This document shows, in pieces, positions 22,712-30,430 of a stretch of DNA of 58,263 nucleotides (its first letter is position 1; the number at the start of each line of letters is the position of its first letter). The stretch comes from Actinomycetota bacterium. GTDB taxonomy: Bacteria; Actinomycetota; Thermoleophilia; RBG-16-64-13. The notes below the pieces were generated by a model, which saw only the letters and a program-made list of their open reading frames with translations, was not told the DNA's origin and ran no database searches. The position numbers and the translations under genes were made by a program. Where the stretch lies: NCBI GenBank assembly GCA_023483915.1, contig JAMDEO010000118.1:1-58263 (forward strand), given 5' to 3'.

Positions 22712-23434
22712 TCAAAGCAAAGCGTTCAGATGTGCCAGCCCCGCTTCCGTGACAGAGCGGTTCCCCGTCGCGAGAGTGGTGACAAAACCCGACTCCTCCA
22801 AGGAGACAAGATCCCGATAGGCGGTCGAGGTTGAGACGCCCAGTTCTTGGGCGATGCGAGTCGGGCCGACGGGAGCAAGTTCCACCGTGAGAAGGAGGGC
22901 CTTAAGCTGACGCTCGGAAAGATTATAGGACGGTGGAGCGGGGCGCGCGAGGGATATTTCTTCCTCGGGTTGGACGCGGGCAGTCACGACCGTGCCGTGA
23001 CCAAGATTGTCCTCTAGCTCCAACACACCTTTCAGTGGGGCGAGTGCCTCTGTGACAACGGCAAATCCTGAGCCAACTCCTCTGATGAACTGCTTGGATC
23101 GCGAATCCGCGGATGTGAATCCCGGACGGAGGGCAGCTTCTTTGTCTGCGATGCCCGCCCCCCGGTCACTGACCCTCACCGTGTTCCCGTGGTCGAGAAT
23201 CGTAATGACGACCTCGCGAAAGGACGCGTGGACCAGGTTGTCAATAAGCTCGCGAAAGATCACCAGCGGGAGGCGGCCGCCTTGCTCTTGGGCGAGGCTG
23301 TAGGCATAACCGGCGACTTGCTCCAAGAATGCAGGAACCTCAACATCAGACGCCGGCAGGTTCGAGACCGGCAATACAGTGGGAGCGGCCAAGCGATCCG
23401 CATAGACGGCTATACGAAGAGGCTCGACGAACAT
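22712..23434 (-). CDS. GHKL (HATPase_c-like) ATP-binding domain fused to a C-terminal winged-helix DNA-binding domain
   Basis: N box ELIDNLVHA, G1 DRGAGI, G2 GVGSGF, then GTVVTARV. The C-terminal LSERQLKALLLTVELAPVGPTRIAQELGVSTSTAYRDLVSLEESGFV is wHTH-like. The stop lies 15 nt upstream of the dnaA GTG. ATG at 23434 was chosen because the upstream 76 codons of ORF 22712..23662 are not protein-like. Confidence 0.65.
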   Translation of the reverse strand: MFVEPLRIAVYADRLAAPTVLPVSNLPASDVEVPAFLEQVAGYAYSLAQEQGGRLPLVIFRELIDNLVHASFREVVITILDHGNTVRVSDRGAGIADKEAALRPGFTSADSRSKQFIRGVGSGFAVVTEALAPLKGVLELEDNLGHGTVVTARVQPEEEISLARPAPPSYNLSERQLKALLLTVELAPVGPTRIAQELGVSTSTAYRDLVSLEESGFVTTLATGNRSVTEAGLAHLNALL

Positions 23435-23596
23435 AGCCGCCGAGTAGGGCTGACCTGGTGTAGGCGATTCGGATTCGCCTGCAGCACGCCGATGGGCAGG
23501 CTGTCTGCTTGTAGTGGCCAGAGCGGGCACCCCAGAACGCGGAGTTGTGCAGCACGTGCCGGAAAGACCCCGCCATTGTAGCGAGCCGACACCCCG

Positions 23597-23811
23597 TTTT
23601 CCACAGGCTTGAGACGAAACACGCGGATCTTTTCCCCGGAATTGCCCCTGATAGGAATGCATTGACCGCTATATTCCGGTGCCGGTTTACCGGCGATTTG
23701 CAGGTAGATTAGCCCTATTATCCACAGGGCTATCCACAGATGTGGAAAACGTGGAGAAAGCCGGAACACGATAGCCGCATAGACCGCGTTTTCTGTTGAA
23801 AATGGGGATAA
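23597..23811. promoter_or_regulatory. DnaA-box cluster (upstream oriC/dnaA control region)
   Basis: TTATCCACA is perfect at 23718..23726. One-mismatch boxes are CTATCCACA (23730..23738), TGTGGAAAA (23741..23749), TTTTCCACA (23597..23605) and TGGGGATAA (23803..23811). Confidence 0.65.
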
Positions 23812-24198
23812 TCAGTTTCGTGCCTCCGAACCATATGGTCACTGCGAGCCTCCGGAGTAAGACTTCCGGGTCGTTGGAGCGACGGCCTTCGGCATTGGGA
23901 CGGGTTTGGGGAGCCTGCGTTGTTGGGTATGTGATGACGGAGCTCAGACTCCCGTGGCCGGGGTACAAAACGGACACAGAATACCCGCATGCGCCGCCAG
24001 CGCCCGGGCACCCTCGCTGTGATGACGCAGCGGGGCTTCGACGTACCAACTATCAGCGGGCCCATGGTAGAGACGAAAGACCCGGGAAGGAATTAGTTCC
24101 GAGACGGGGAAAGCGGAGCCGATGCCAGTCGGACTCCATTGCGACAGCGCGCTTAACGTTGATTCTTGCTGGAAGCGTACACAGGCTTCTGTGCAAAC

Positions 24199-24207
24199 TG
24201 TGGATAA
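24199..24207. promoter_or_regulatory. Isolated perfect DnaA box
   Basis: TGTGGATAA, the exact reverse complement of the TTATCCACA consensus. Confidence 0.5.
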
Positions 24208-24455
24208 TCCCGCGACTTGCTGTTAACTCGCCCACTACTGGGATGAGCCTGTGGAGGGAGGCCGTATTTCGGACGCCCACGGCGCACGGAGAGCCAGACA
24301 CGGGATGCCCAGCCCCGTCGAGAGCTGGTCCATGGAGTCCCGCCAGTTTCCAAGGGTCCTGACTATTGATCGGCGCGTCGGCGCGAGTGCCCAGTTTTCG
24401 TCTGCGAGGGGCGCGTGAATCTTTCGCAATGAGAAGAAGGGTTGGCCCCTGACAT

Positions 24456-24516
24456 ATTGCCTCACGTAGGAAAGTACTCAAACGAGTGATTCGTTGCCTT
24501 TAGCTAAGAAGTACTC
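24456..24516. repeat. IS terminal inverted repeat, left
   Basis: 13/13 terminal identity with the right end, plus conserved internal blocks TTCGTTGCCT and GTACTC. Contains the transposase stop codon. Confidence 0.7.
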
Positions 24517-25753
24517 AAGCACTGGCGGCTTTCGCCTCCTTTTGCCTGAGTCGTTCTTTGCACCTGGTTATCTCTAGCAGTCGAATCTGAAGAGCGTCAA
24601 GTTCTCGTCTGAGAGCCGCAGGGTTGAGTATCCGGTATTGGGCGGTGAGGGCCTGCCGGTGCTCCTCGGAAAGAAACCCCGAGGCGATGAGCCGCTGATA
24701 CGGCGTGCGGGCTTCATCATAAAGCCTGTGCACCTTTGCTCCTTGTCTTGTCTTTTTCACAAGCTTCATTTGAGGCCAGAAGAAGTTGGTGAGCAGGCGG
24801 AGTTTGCCGTAGATCTCCCCGAGTAGAGCGAGCTCCTCCTCAGTGTCGTAGCGGGCGTATCCCACACTCTGGCGCACGACCGTCCAGTTCTTCTGCTCGA
24901 CAAAGTAGGAGTCGTTCTTGCGGTAGGGGCGGGAGCGGGTAAACGTGATGCCCTCATGCTGACAATAGCGGGAGAGCTGATCGTTGATGAATTCAGAGCC
25001 GTTGTCGGAATCTAGGCCTAGGAGGGGGAAGGGCAGGCTCTTTCTGATGTTAAGAAGGCCGGCAAAGACATGGACCTGAGCCCTGTTTCTCACTGCTCGT
25101 GTCTCTGTCCAGCCGGAACAGACATCGGTGGCATCGAGGGTCTGGATCCAGTCGCCCCGGGCCAGGCCGCCATCGTGAGAAACGAGGTCGATCTCCAGAA
25201 AGCCCGGCCGGCCCTCATCCCACTCGGCAAAGGTACGAACGGCGATCTGGTGTTTGAGCAGACTTCCCGGTTTGGTCCGGCTGCGGCCCTTTAGCTGGTA
25301 GCTTCGCCGCTCTTCGGCTAGGAGGCGGTCGATGGTGGCCGCGGATACCGAAAGAAGCTTGGCCCGGGCATCAGCGGCTAGGTGCAGCTCCCCGAAGCTC
25401 TCAAGCACCGGCACGAGCTCCGGCAAAAAGGGAGCGAGCCTTTTCCCACAAGGGTCTCCGAGCACCGCCCAAATCTTGCGTAAGGGAATAAGGGTCTCCA
25501 GCCCGTAGGTGGCCTTCCTTGCCCGCTTAAGCGGCTTCTCAGGTATGCCGTGACAGAGTCGCCGGGCGGCATGGGCCCGAGAGTATCCGCACATCTGAGC
25601 CACCTCGTCTAAGATGGCACCCTTCTCCTTCTTGCGAGCTTCCCGATATCTGGGTCCAAGCTCCCGCAAAGCCGCCTGTCTCTCCACCATTGAAAACGCC
25701 ACCGGCCAGCCGCCTTCCTTCCTGCTCCTGGGGTTCCCAGGGATTCTCTCCAA
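24515..25753 (-). CDS. DDE-type (rve/integrase core) transposase; family uncertain, ISNCY-like by recollection
   Basis: N-terminal HTH region (ILDEVAQMCGYSRAHAARRL). Catalytic region FLEIDLVSHDG ... LGLDSDNGSEFIN ... RSRPYRKNDSYFVEQKNWTVVR (D, D, E spacing). Confidence 0.85.
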   Translation of the reverse strand: MERIPGNPRSRKEGGWPVAFSMVERQAALRELGPRYREARKKEKGAILDEVAQMCGYSRAHAARRLCHGIPEKPLKRARKATYGLETLIPLRKIWAVLGDPCGKRLAPFLPELVPVLESFGELHLAADARAKLLSVSAATIDRLLAEERRSYQLKGRSRTKPGSLLKHQIAVRTFAEWDEGRPGFLEIDLVSHDGGLARGDWIQTLDATDVCSGWTETRAVRNRAQVHVFAGLLNIRKSLPFPLLGLDSDNGSEFINDQLSRYCQHEGITFTRSRPYRKNDSYFVEQKNWTVVRQSVGYARYDTEEELALLGEIYGKLRLLTNFFWPQMKLVKKTRQGAKVHRLYDEARTPYQRLIASGFLSEEHRQALTAQYRILNPAALRRELDALQIRLLEITRCKERLRQKEAKAASA

Positions 25754-25776
25754 GCAGGATGATCGGCAGCTATTTC

Positions 25777-25834
25777 GAGTACTTTCTTATTTGAGGCAAC
25801 GAAGAGATTTCAAGTACCTTTTACGTGAGGCAAT
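25777..25834. repeat. IS terminal inverted repeat, right
   Basis: See the left repeat. Ends with TACGTGAGGCAAT at 25822..25834. Confidence 0.7.
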
Positions 25835-25842
25835 TCGTCTGA

Positions 25843-25871
25843 TTGACGGCTGCCAAGCTGACTTGTATACT
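25843..25871 (+). promoter_or_regulatory. Sigma-70-like promoter of the rpmH-rnpA operon
   Basis: TTGACG (25843..25848), a 17-nt spacer, then TATACT (25866..25871). It lies ~90 nt upstream of the rpmH GTG and only 9 nt from the IS right end. Confidence 0.55.
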
Positions 25872-25962
25872 TCGCTGCCCTTCGTTTGCCCTTGCTCATA
25901 GGGCGCGGGCGGGCGCGCGGACCGCGAAGCTCCGATATGCTGTGCCAGGATAGCGAGGAAAC

Positions 25963-26097
25963 GTGAAGAGGACGTATCAACCGAACAAGCGTAAGCGCAA
26001 GAAGACTCATGGGTTCAGAGCCCGCATGAGCACTCGCGCCGGCAGAGCGGTTCTCAAGCGCAGACGCGACAAGGGTCGCAAACGTCTCTCGGCATAG
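25963..26097 (+). CDS. rpmH: 50S ribosomal protein L34
   Basis: Hand translation gives [44 protein letters not shown] (44 aa, below the ORF-track cut-off). GTG start preceded by GAGGAA. Confidence 0.95.
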   Translation: MKRTYQPNKRKRKKTHGFRARMSTRAGRAVLKRRRDKGRKRLSA

Positions 26098-26102
26098 CCC
26101 AC

Positions 26103-26501
26103 GTGGCTCGGTCTCGCGGCCGACTTTCACGATCCGAGGACTTCGCCCGTGTCTATCGAACGGGTAAGTCGGTAGCAAACAAGTACTTGGTGCTGTACTA
26201 CTTCGAGCGCCCAGAGACGAGCAACAGGACGTCAGACGAAGGGCCTCGAGTCGGGTTGTCTGTTTCGAAGCGAGTCGGTGCCGCGGTCGACAGGAATCGC
26301 GTGAAGCGCGTGTTGCGAGAGGCCGTTCGCTCGAACGCGGACTTGGTCAGCGGGAACGTGGACTTTGTAGTCATCGCACGGCCGCCGATTGTCGATCTGC
26401 TTGAGTCCGATGGATTTGCGGCAGTGGAAGCGAAATTGGTGGAGGTCTTTCGGAAGGCCTCGTTGTTCGGGCCGCGGGAGGAGCGAAAGTCGCTCTCATG
26501 A
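26103..26501 (+). CDS. rnpA: Ribonuclease P protein component
   Basis: LSRSEDFARVYRTGKSVANKYLVLYY...VGLSVSKRVGAAVDRNRVKRVLREA (RNR motif). Immediately follows rpmH. Confidence 0.9.
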   Translation: MARSRGRLSRSEDFARVYRTGKSVANKYLVLYYFERPETSNRTSDEGPRVGLSVSKRVGAAVDRNRVKRVLREAVRSNADLVSGNVDFVVIARPPIVDLLESDGFAAVEAKLVEVFRKASLFGPREERKSLS

Positions 26502-28000
26502 CAAAGTTCGGTGATCTGGACGCGCGGAATCCTCTCAAGTACGTCTTCGTGGGGATGATCCGTGGCTACCAGAAACATATATCCCCCGCGTTGCCCCGAT
26601 CGTGCAAGTACCATCCGTCTTGCTCTCAATACGCGATAGATGCCTTTACCCAGTTCGGGGTCTTCCGCGGGCTGGTATTGATGGTTTGGCGATTGCTTCG
26701 CTGCAACCCTCTGAGCTACGGCGGATACGATCCGGTGGAGCGGCAGACTCTCTTCGGCGACGGGCGCCGCCGGCGAAAAGTTGAGTCCGCTCACGGTCGA
26801 TTGGTGGGCTGCGTTTCGAGTTCGGGAAGGCTGCTCCGAGGGCGTGGACCGCGATCTTTGGCTGTTATTGCACTTTTGGTGACATTGTTTCTTGCGATGA
26901 CATTGTTCACGGCCTCGTGCTCCTTCTTTGGCACCACGACGACTACCGCTGCTCCTACCACAACCGTCTCGGGATCTACCAGCACCACCGCGGGGGCGAC
27001 AACAACAACGACCCTAAAAAGCAATGCTGGCTTCCTAGCTGGCCCGCTGAAGCCTCTGCAGGCCCTTTTCTTCTGGGTACTGGAACAACTTGACAAGTTA
27101 CTGAACAGTTGGTCCTGGTCGATCGTGCTTCTGACGGTGATCGTCAGAATCGTTCTGGTGCCGCTGACTTGGAGACAGATAAAGAGCATGAGGGCTATGC
27201 AGGCCCTTCAGCCTCAGATAAAGGCACTCCAGGAGAAGTACAAGAACGACCGAGAGATGCTCAATCAGAAGACGATGGAGTTCTATCGGGAGAACAAGGT
27301 CAATCCATTCGGCTCATGTCTCCCGCTTGTGCTGCAGCTTCCGGTTTTCTTCGGGCTCTACTACATGCTAACTACTGCGGGGCACGCCCTTAACCCTGCG
27401 ACTGCCGGAAGGTGGGCTGGGCTATTCCTGAGCCCCAGCACGCCGGGGGCGCCACTGACCGCTGTTGGACCCGTTGGCTGGCTTTGGATCCATGACATCA
27501 CTCAGTTCGATTACTTCCTGATGTTCCTGTACATTGCCAGCCAGTTCGTCGCTTCGTGGCAGACAGCCCGCAAAGCCGGCGGTCAGCAGAAGATGATCGC
27601 GTACTTCATGCCGATAATCATCGGCATCTTCATGTTCATTGGGAAATGGCCCTCAGGATTGTTCATTTACTGGTTCACGTCGAACCTGTGGACCATAGCG
27701 CAGCAATATGTTGCAGAAAAGGTTATGCCGGCCCCAGTATCGGCGGTTGTGGCTCCTGTGAAAGCGGGGGCGCGGGGGGCTCCAGCGAGGGGCAGGCCCA
27801 GCGGGACGACGAGCGCGAAGTCGGGCGTCACAAAGACCGGCCCCGCAGGAACAACCCCGAGCAAGGCAACCACCGTAAGGCCGGCTGGAGAGACTGGAGG
27901 CAAGAGCAGTGGCCAGAGGACAGGAAAGCAAGGGAAGACGTCGGGTCGCAAAGGCCAGCGGCCGCAGCGTGGAGCTAGCCGTCCAAAGAGCTCTCGCTGA
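26498..28000 (+). CDS. yidC: In-frame YidD (membrane protein insertion efficiency factor) + YidC/Oxa1 insertase ORF; YidC may also start internally at 26801/26804
   Basis: Residues 1-85 are YidD (YQKHISPALPRSCKYHPSCSQYAIDA...RLLRCNPLSYGGYDPV). There is no stop before a signal/lipobox-like segment (LAVIALLVTLFLAMTLFTASC), a Thr-rich linker, the YidC core (IVLLTVIVRIVLVPLTWRQIKSMRAMQALQPQIKALQEKYKND...NPFGSCLPLVLQLPVFFGLY) and a basic tail. Confidence 0.8.
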   Translation: MTKFGDLDARNPLKYVFVGMIRGYQKHISPALPRSCKYHPSCSQYAIDAFTQFGVFRGLVLMVWRLLRCNPLSYGGYDPVERQTLFGDGRRRRKVESAHGRLVGCVSSSGRLLRGRGPRSLAVIALLVTLFLAMTLFTASCSFFGTTTTTAAPTTTVSGSTSTTAGATTTTTLKSNAGFLAGPLKPLQALFFWVLEQLDKLLNSWSWSIVLLTVIVRIVLVPLTWRQIKSMRAMQALQPQIKALQEKYKNDREMLNQKTMEFYRENKVNPFGSCLPLVLQLPVFFGLYYMLTTAGHALNPATAGRWAGLFLSPSTPGAPLTAVGPVGWLWIHDITQFDYFLMFLYIASQFVASWQTARKAGGQQKMIAYFMPIIIGIFMFIGKWPSGLFIYWFTSNLWTIAQQYVAEKVMPAPVSAVVAPVKAGARGAPARGRPSGTTSAKSGVTKTGPAGTTPSKATTVRPAGETGGKSSGQRTGKQGKTSGRKGQRPQRGASRPKSSR

Positions 28001-28703
28001 GCTCGATTTCGCTCCCGGGGAGCTGGCGGAGGAGCAGTATGAGGTGACCATCCTGATCCCTCCAGAGGAGGGCTTCATGGGGGTCGGGGCTGTGGACGCA
28101 GTTGTTGAGGTTGCCCTCGTTGACGAGGCGTTCGATTTCTTTGGTCCCGGAGATGAATCTCAACCTCAAGAGTTGCTGGAAGACGAGTTCGACGAGGAGT
28201 ATGACGAGTATCCCGATGAGTGTGAGGAGATTGGCGAGGCCGGTCTCACCGACGGACCAGAAGCGGCTAGACTCCGTGCGTTCTTGGGCCGGGTGCTTCG
28301 CGAACTGGGCCTGGAGGGCCAGATACGCATCAGCGAGAGCCCTGAGGAGCTCCATGCCGAGATCACCGGGGAGGATCTCGGCATCTTCATTGGCAGAAGG
28401 GGTCAGACGATAGATGCCGTCGAATACCTTGCCAGCATTGCCGTATTCCCCGGCCTGCATTCCAGAAAGCGCGTTGAGCTGGACGCAGAGGGATACAAAG
28501 AACGGCGTCGCAGGCAGATAGAGCGGGTCGCCGTTCGCAAAGCGCAGGAAGCTACTCGACGGGGAAGACCCGTACAGCTCACTCCGATGACTCCGGCCGA
28601 GCGCAAGATCGTGCACCTAACTCTGCGTGGTCGTAACGACGTGACAACAGCCAGCCAAGGACGCGAACCAAACCGGTCGGTGGTCATAACTCCGGTCCGG
28701 TAA
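27909..28703 (+). CDS. jag: Jag/KhpB RNA-binding protein (Jag_N, KH, R3H)
   Basis: GRSVELAVQRALAELDFAPGEL..., KH-like GIFIGRRGQTIDAVEYL, and R3H-like MTPAERKIVHLTLR. GTG at 27909 follows GGAGG. Overlaps the yidC tail by 92 nt. Confidence 0.85.
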   Translation: MARGQESKGRRRVAKASGRSVELAVQRALAELDFAPGELAEEQYEVTILIPPEEGFMGVGAVDAVVEVALVDEAFDFFGPGDESQPQELLEDEFDEEYDEYPDECEEIGEAGLTDGPEAARLRAFLGRVLRELGLEGQIRISESPEELHAEITGEDLGIFIGRRGQTIDAVEYLASIAVFPGLHSRKRVELDAEGYKERRRRQIERVAVRKAQEATRRGRPVQLTPMTPAERKIVHLTLRGRNDVTTASQGREPNRSVVITPVR

Positions 28704-28952
28704 AGAAGAGTCTTGAACACTACGTCTTGACCTGCATTTGTTGCGCAAACGCGCGCGGCACAGAGGCGCGCGGTGCGTCGCCATGTGAGTGTCCTAATGG
28801 CAGACAAAGGTCTTTTCTGGCATCATCTGCTTTCTCGCCCGGCGTTGAGCGGATTGTCACCCCCCGGCGGGCTTCTCAAGCAATGTTCGGGACTCTCGAC
28901 CACCATGTGAGAATCAATTGGAGCACGCCGCGACATGCGTGATTGACGCACC

Positions 28953-30422
28953 ATGACCGGGCCAGGTACCGATCTCCCCCGGCGACAAGCAGCCGGGTTG
29001 CTCGCTGGTGCGAGCAACGCTTCCATAGGGGGTGAGGACACCATAGTCGCGGTATCAACCGCTCCTGGCAAGGGGGCCATCGGGATTGTGCGCATGAGCG
29101 GACCTGATGCCCTGCCCATAGCTTCACGCTGCGTTAGGCCGACGCGCCACGAAACTCTTTCCCCCGACTCCCATCGCTTGACGTATGGCCGCATAGTCGA
29201 CCCGGGTTCCGAGGAGATGCTGGACGAGGTGCTGGTCGCGGTTATGCGAGCGCCTCAAACGTATACCAGAGAGGACGTCGTCGAGGTGCATTGCCACGGA
29301 GGAGCGGCAGCACAACGTGCAGTCCTGCGTCTCCTGGTCCGGCTAGGTGCGCGGCTCGCCGAACCCGGTGAGTTCACAAAAAGGGCATTTCTGAATGGTC
29401 GCATCGACCTCACGCAAGCCGAGAGCGTAGCCGCCGTAGTGGCCGCTCGAAGCTCAGGAGCTCTCCGCGCGTCTTTGCGGTCGCTCGAAGGCGGATTGTC
29501 GCAGCATCTTCGTGCGGCCAGACACGACCTCATTGGCCATCTCGCCTCCATCGAAGCGACGGTCGATTTCTCGGACGAAGATGTCGACGACCTGGACTGG
29601 ACAGGCTTGGCGGATGGTCTTGCCCACGTGGAGGAACGTCTGCGGCGACTATTGCGGACGTCGTTTCTTGGCCGCGCGTTGGAGCAGGGAGTGCGAACTG
29701 CGATCGTCGGCCGCCCAAACGTTGGAAAGAGCTCCTTGCTCAATGCTTTGCTCATGCGAGAACGGGCGATCGTCTCAGATATTCCTGGCACTACGCGGGA
29801 CACCGTCGAGGAACTAATGGAGATCGGCGGTATTCCTATCCATCTGGTTGACACTGCGGGCGTGAGAAGCGGAGGTGACCATGTCGAGCGGTTGGGTGTT
29901 CAACGCTCCCTGCGGGCGATGGAGCAGGCCGATCTGATTCTTGCCGTCTTCGACCTCTCGACACCGTGGAGTGAGCAGGATGCCAGGCTGATACGGCGAC
30001 TGGATCCGGCCCGGTCGATTATTGTGGGTAGCAAGGCCGATCTGGTGGATGCGGGGGAGCACGAGTGCCTTTTTACTGGCATCGAGCGGTTATCCCAGAC
30101 GATCTGGCCGACCTGCGCAGTGTCGGCCCTGACTGGGGACGGAATCGACCAACTGCGGAACGCCATCGTGCAGCTTATTGCCGGGAATGAAGGGATTCGC
30201 CCAGAGGAACCGGTACTGGCCACCGAGAGACAGAGAAGCCTGGTCCAAGAGGCACTGGACGCCACAGCGGCAGCCTTAGAAGGCGCCGCCAGCAACCGAG
30301 ACGAGGAACTGATCTGCGAAGACATTCGATCAGCCGTACTCGCTCTGGGGAGGATGACGGGTGAGGACCTGACTCCAGATCTGTTGGAGGAGATCTTCAG
30401 CAGGTTCTGTTTGGGCAAGTAG
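28953..30422 (+). CDS. mnmE: tRNA modification GTPase MnmE
   Basis: DTIVAVSTAPGKGAIGIVRMSG, G domain GRPNVGKSSLLNAL...DTAG...SKADL, C-terminal FCLGK. Confidence 0.95.
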   Translation: MTGPGTDLPRRQAAGLLAGASNASIGGEDTIVAVSTAPGKGAIGIVRMSGPDALPIASRCVRPTRHETLSPDSHRLTYGRIVDPGSEEMLDEVLVAVMRAPQTYTREDVVEVHCHGGAAAQRAVLRLLVRLGARLAEPGEFTKRAFLNGRIDLTQAESVAAVVAARSSGALRASLRSLEGGLSQHLRAARHDLIGHLASIEATVDFSDEDVDDLDWTGLADGLAHVEERLRRLLRTSFLGRALEQGVRTAIVGRPNVGKSSLLNALLMRERAIVSDIPGTTRDTVEELMEIGGIPIHLVDTAGVRSGGDHVERLGVQRSLRAMEQADLILAVFDLSTPWSEQDARLIRRLDPARSIIVGSKADLVDAGEHECLFTGIERLSQTIWPTCAVSALTGDGIDQLRNAIVQLIAGNEGIRPEEPVLATERQRSLVQEALDATAAALEGAASNRDEELICEDIRSAVLALGRMTGEDLTPDLLEEIFSRFCLGK

Positions 30423-30430
30423 AGGTCTGC

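Larger units (their letters stand above)
24456..25834 (-). mobile_element. Insertion sequence (about 1379 bp) with a DDE/rve transposase and ~60-bp imperfect terminal inverted repeats
   Basis: The left end ATTGCCTCACGTA...TTCGTTGCCT...AAGAAGTACTC matches the reverse complement of the right end ATTGCCTCACGTA...TTCGTTGCCT...AAGAAAGTACTC. A single transposase ORF lies inside. No clear target-site duplication was seen. Confidence 0.8.

Noticed and set aside
23860-23990. RNase P RNA-like strings in the oriC spacer: GGAGTAAGACTTCCGGG resembles GAGGAAAGUCCGGG, and CACAGAATACCCGC resembles ACAGAACCCGGCUUA.
   Set aside because: The two motifs lie only ~110 nt apart instead of ~300 nt, and they cannot form P4. 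None of the other conserved regions (GGUAAACCCCA..AGCAAGGCCAAAUAGG and others) is present on either strand.
23796-24362. A 188-aa plus-strand ORF, with 120-aa and 111-aa minus-strand ORFs, in the rpmH-dnaA region.
   Set aside because: The translations are not protein-like, with no hydrophobic core periodicity and Arg/Pro/Gly richness. The ORFs span DnaA boxes. I treated the region as non-coding.
24440-25850. A target-site duplication flanking the IS (candidate CTGA on both sides).
   Set aside because: The CTGA match requires shifting both element ends asymmetrically relative to the inverted repeats. No direct repeat abuts the 13-bp identical tips, so no duplication is claimed.
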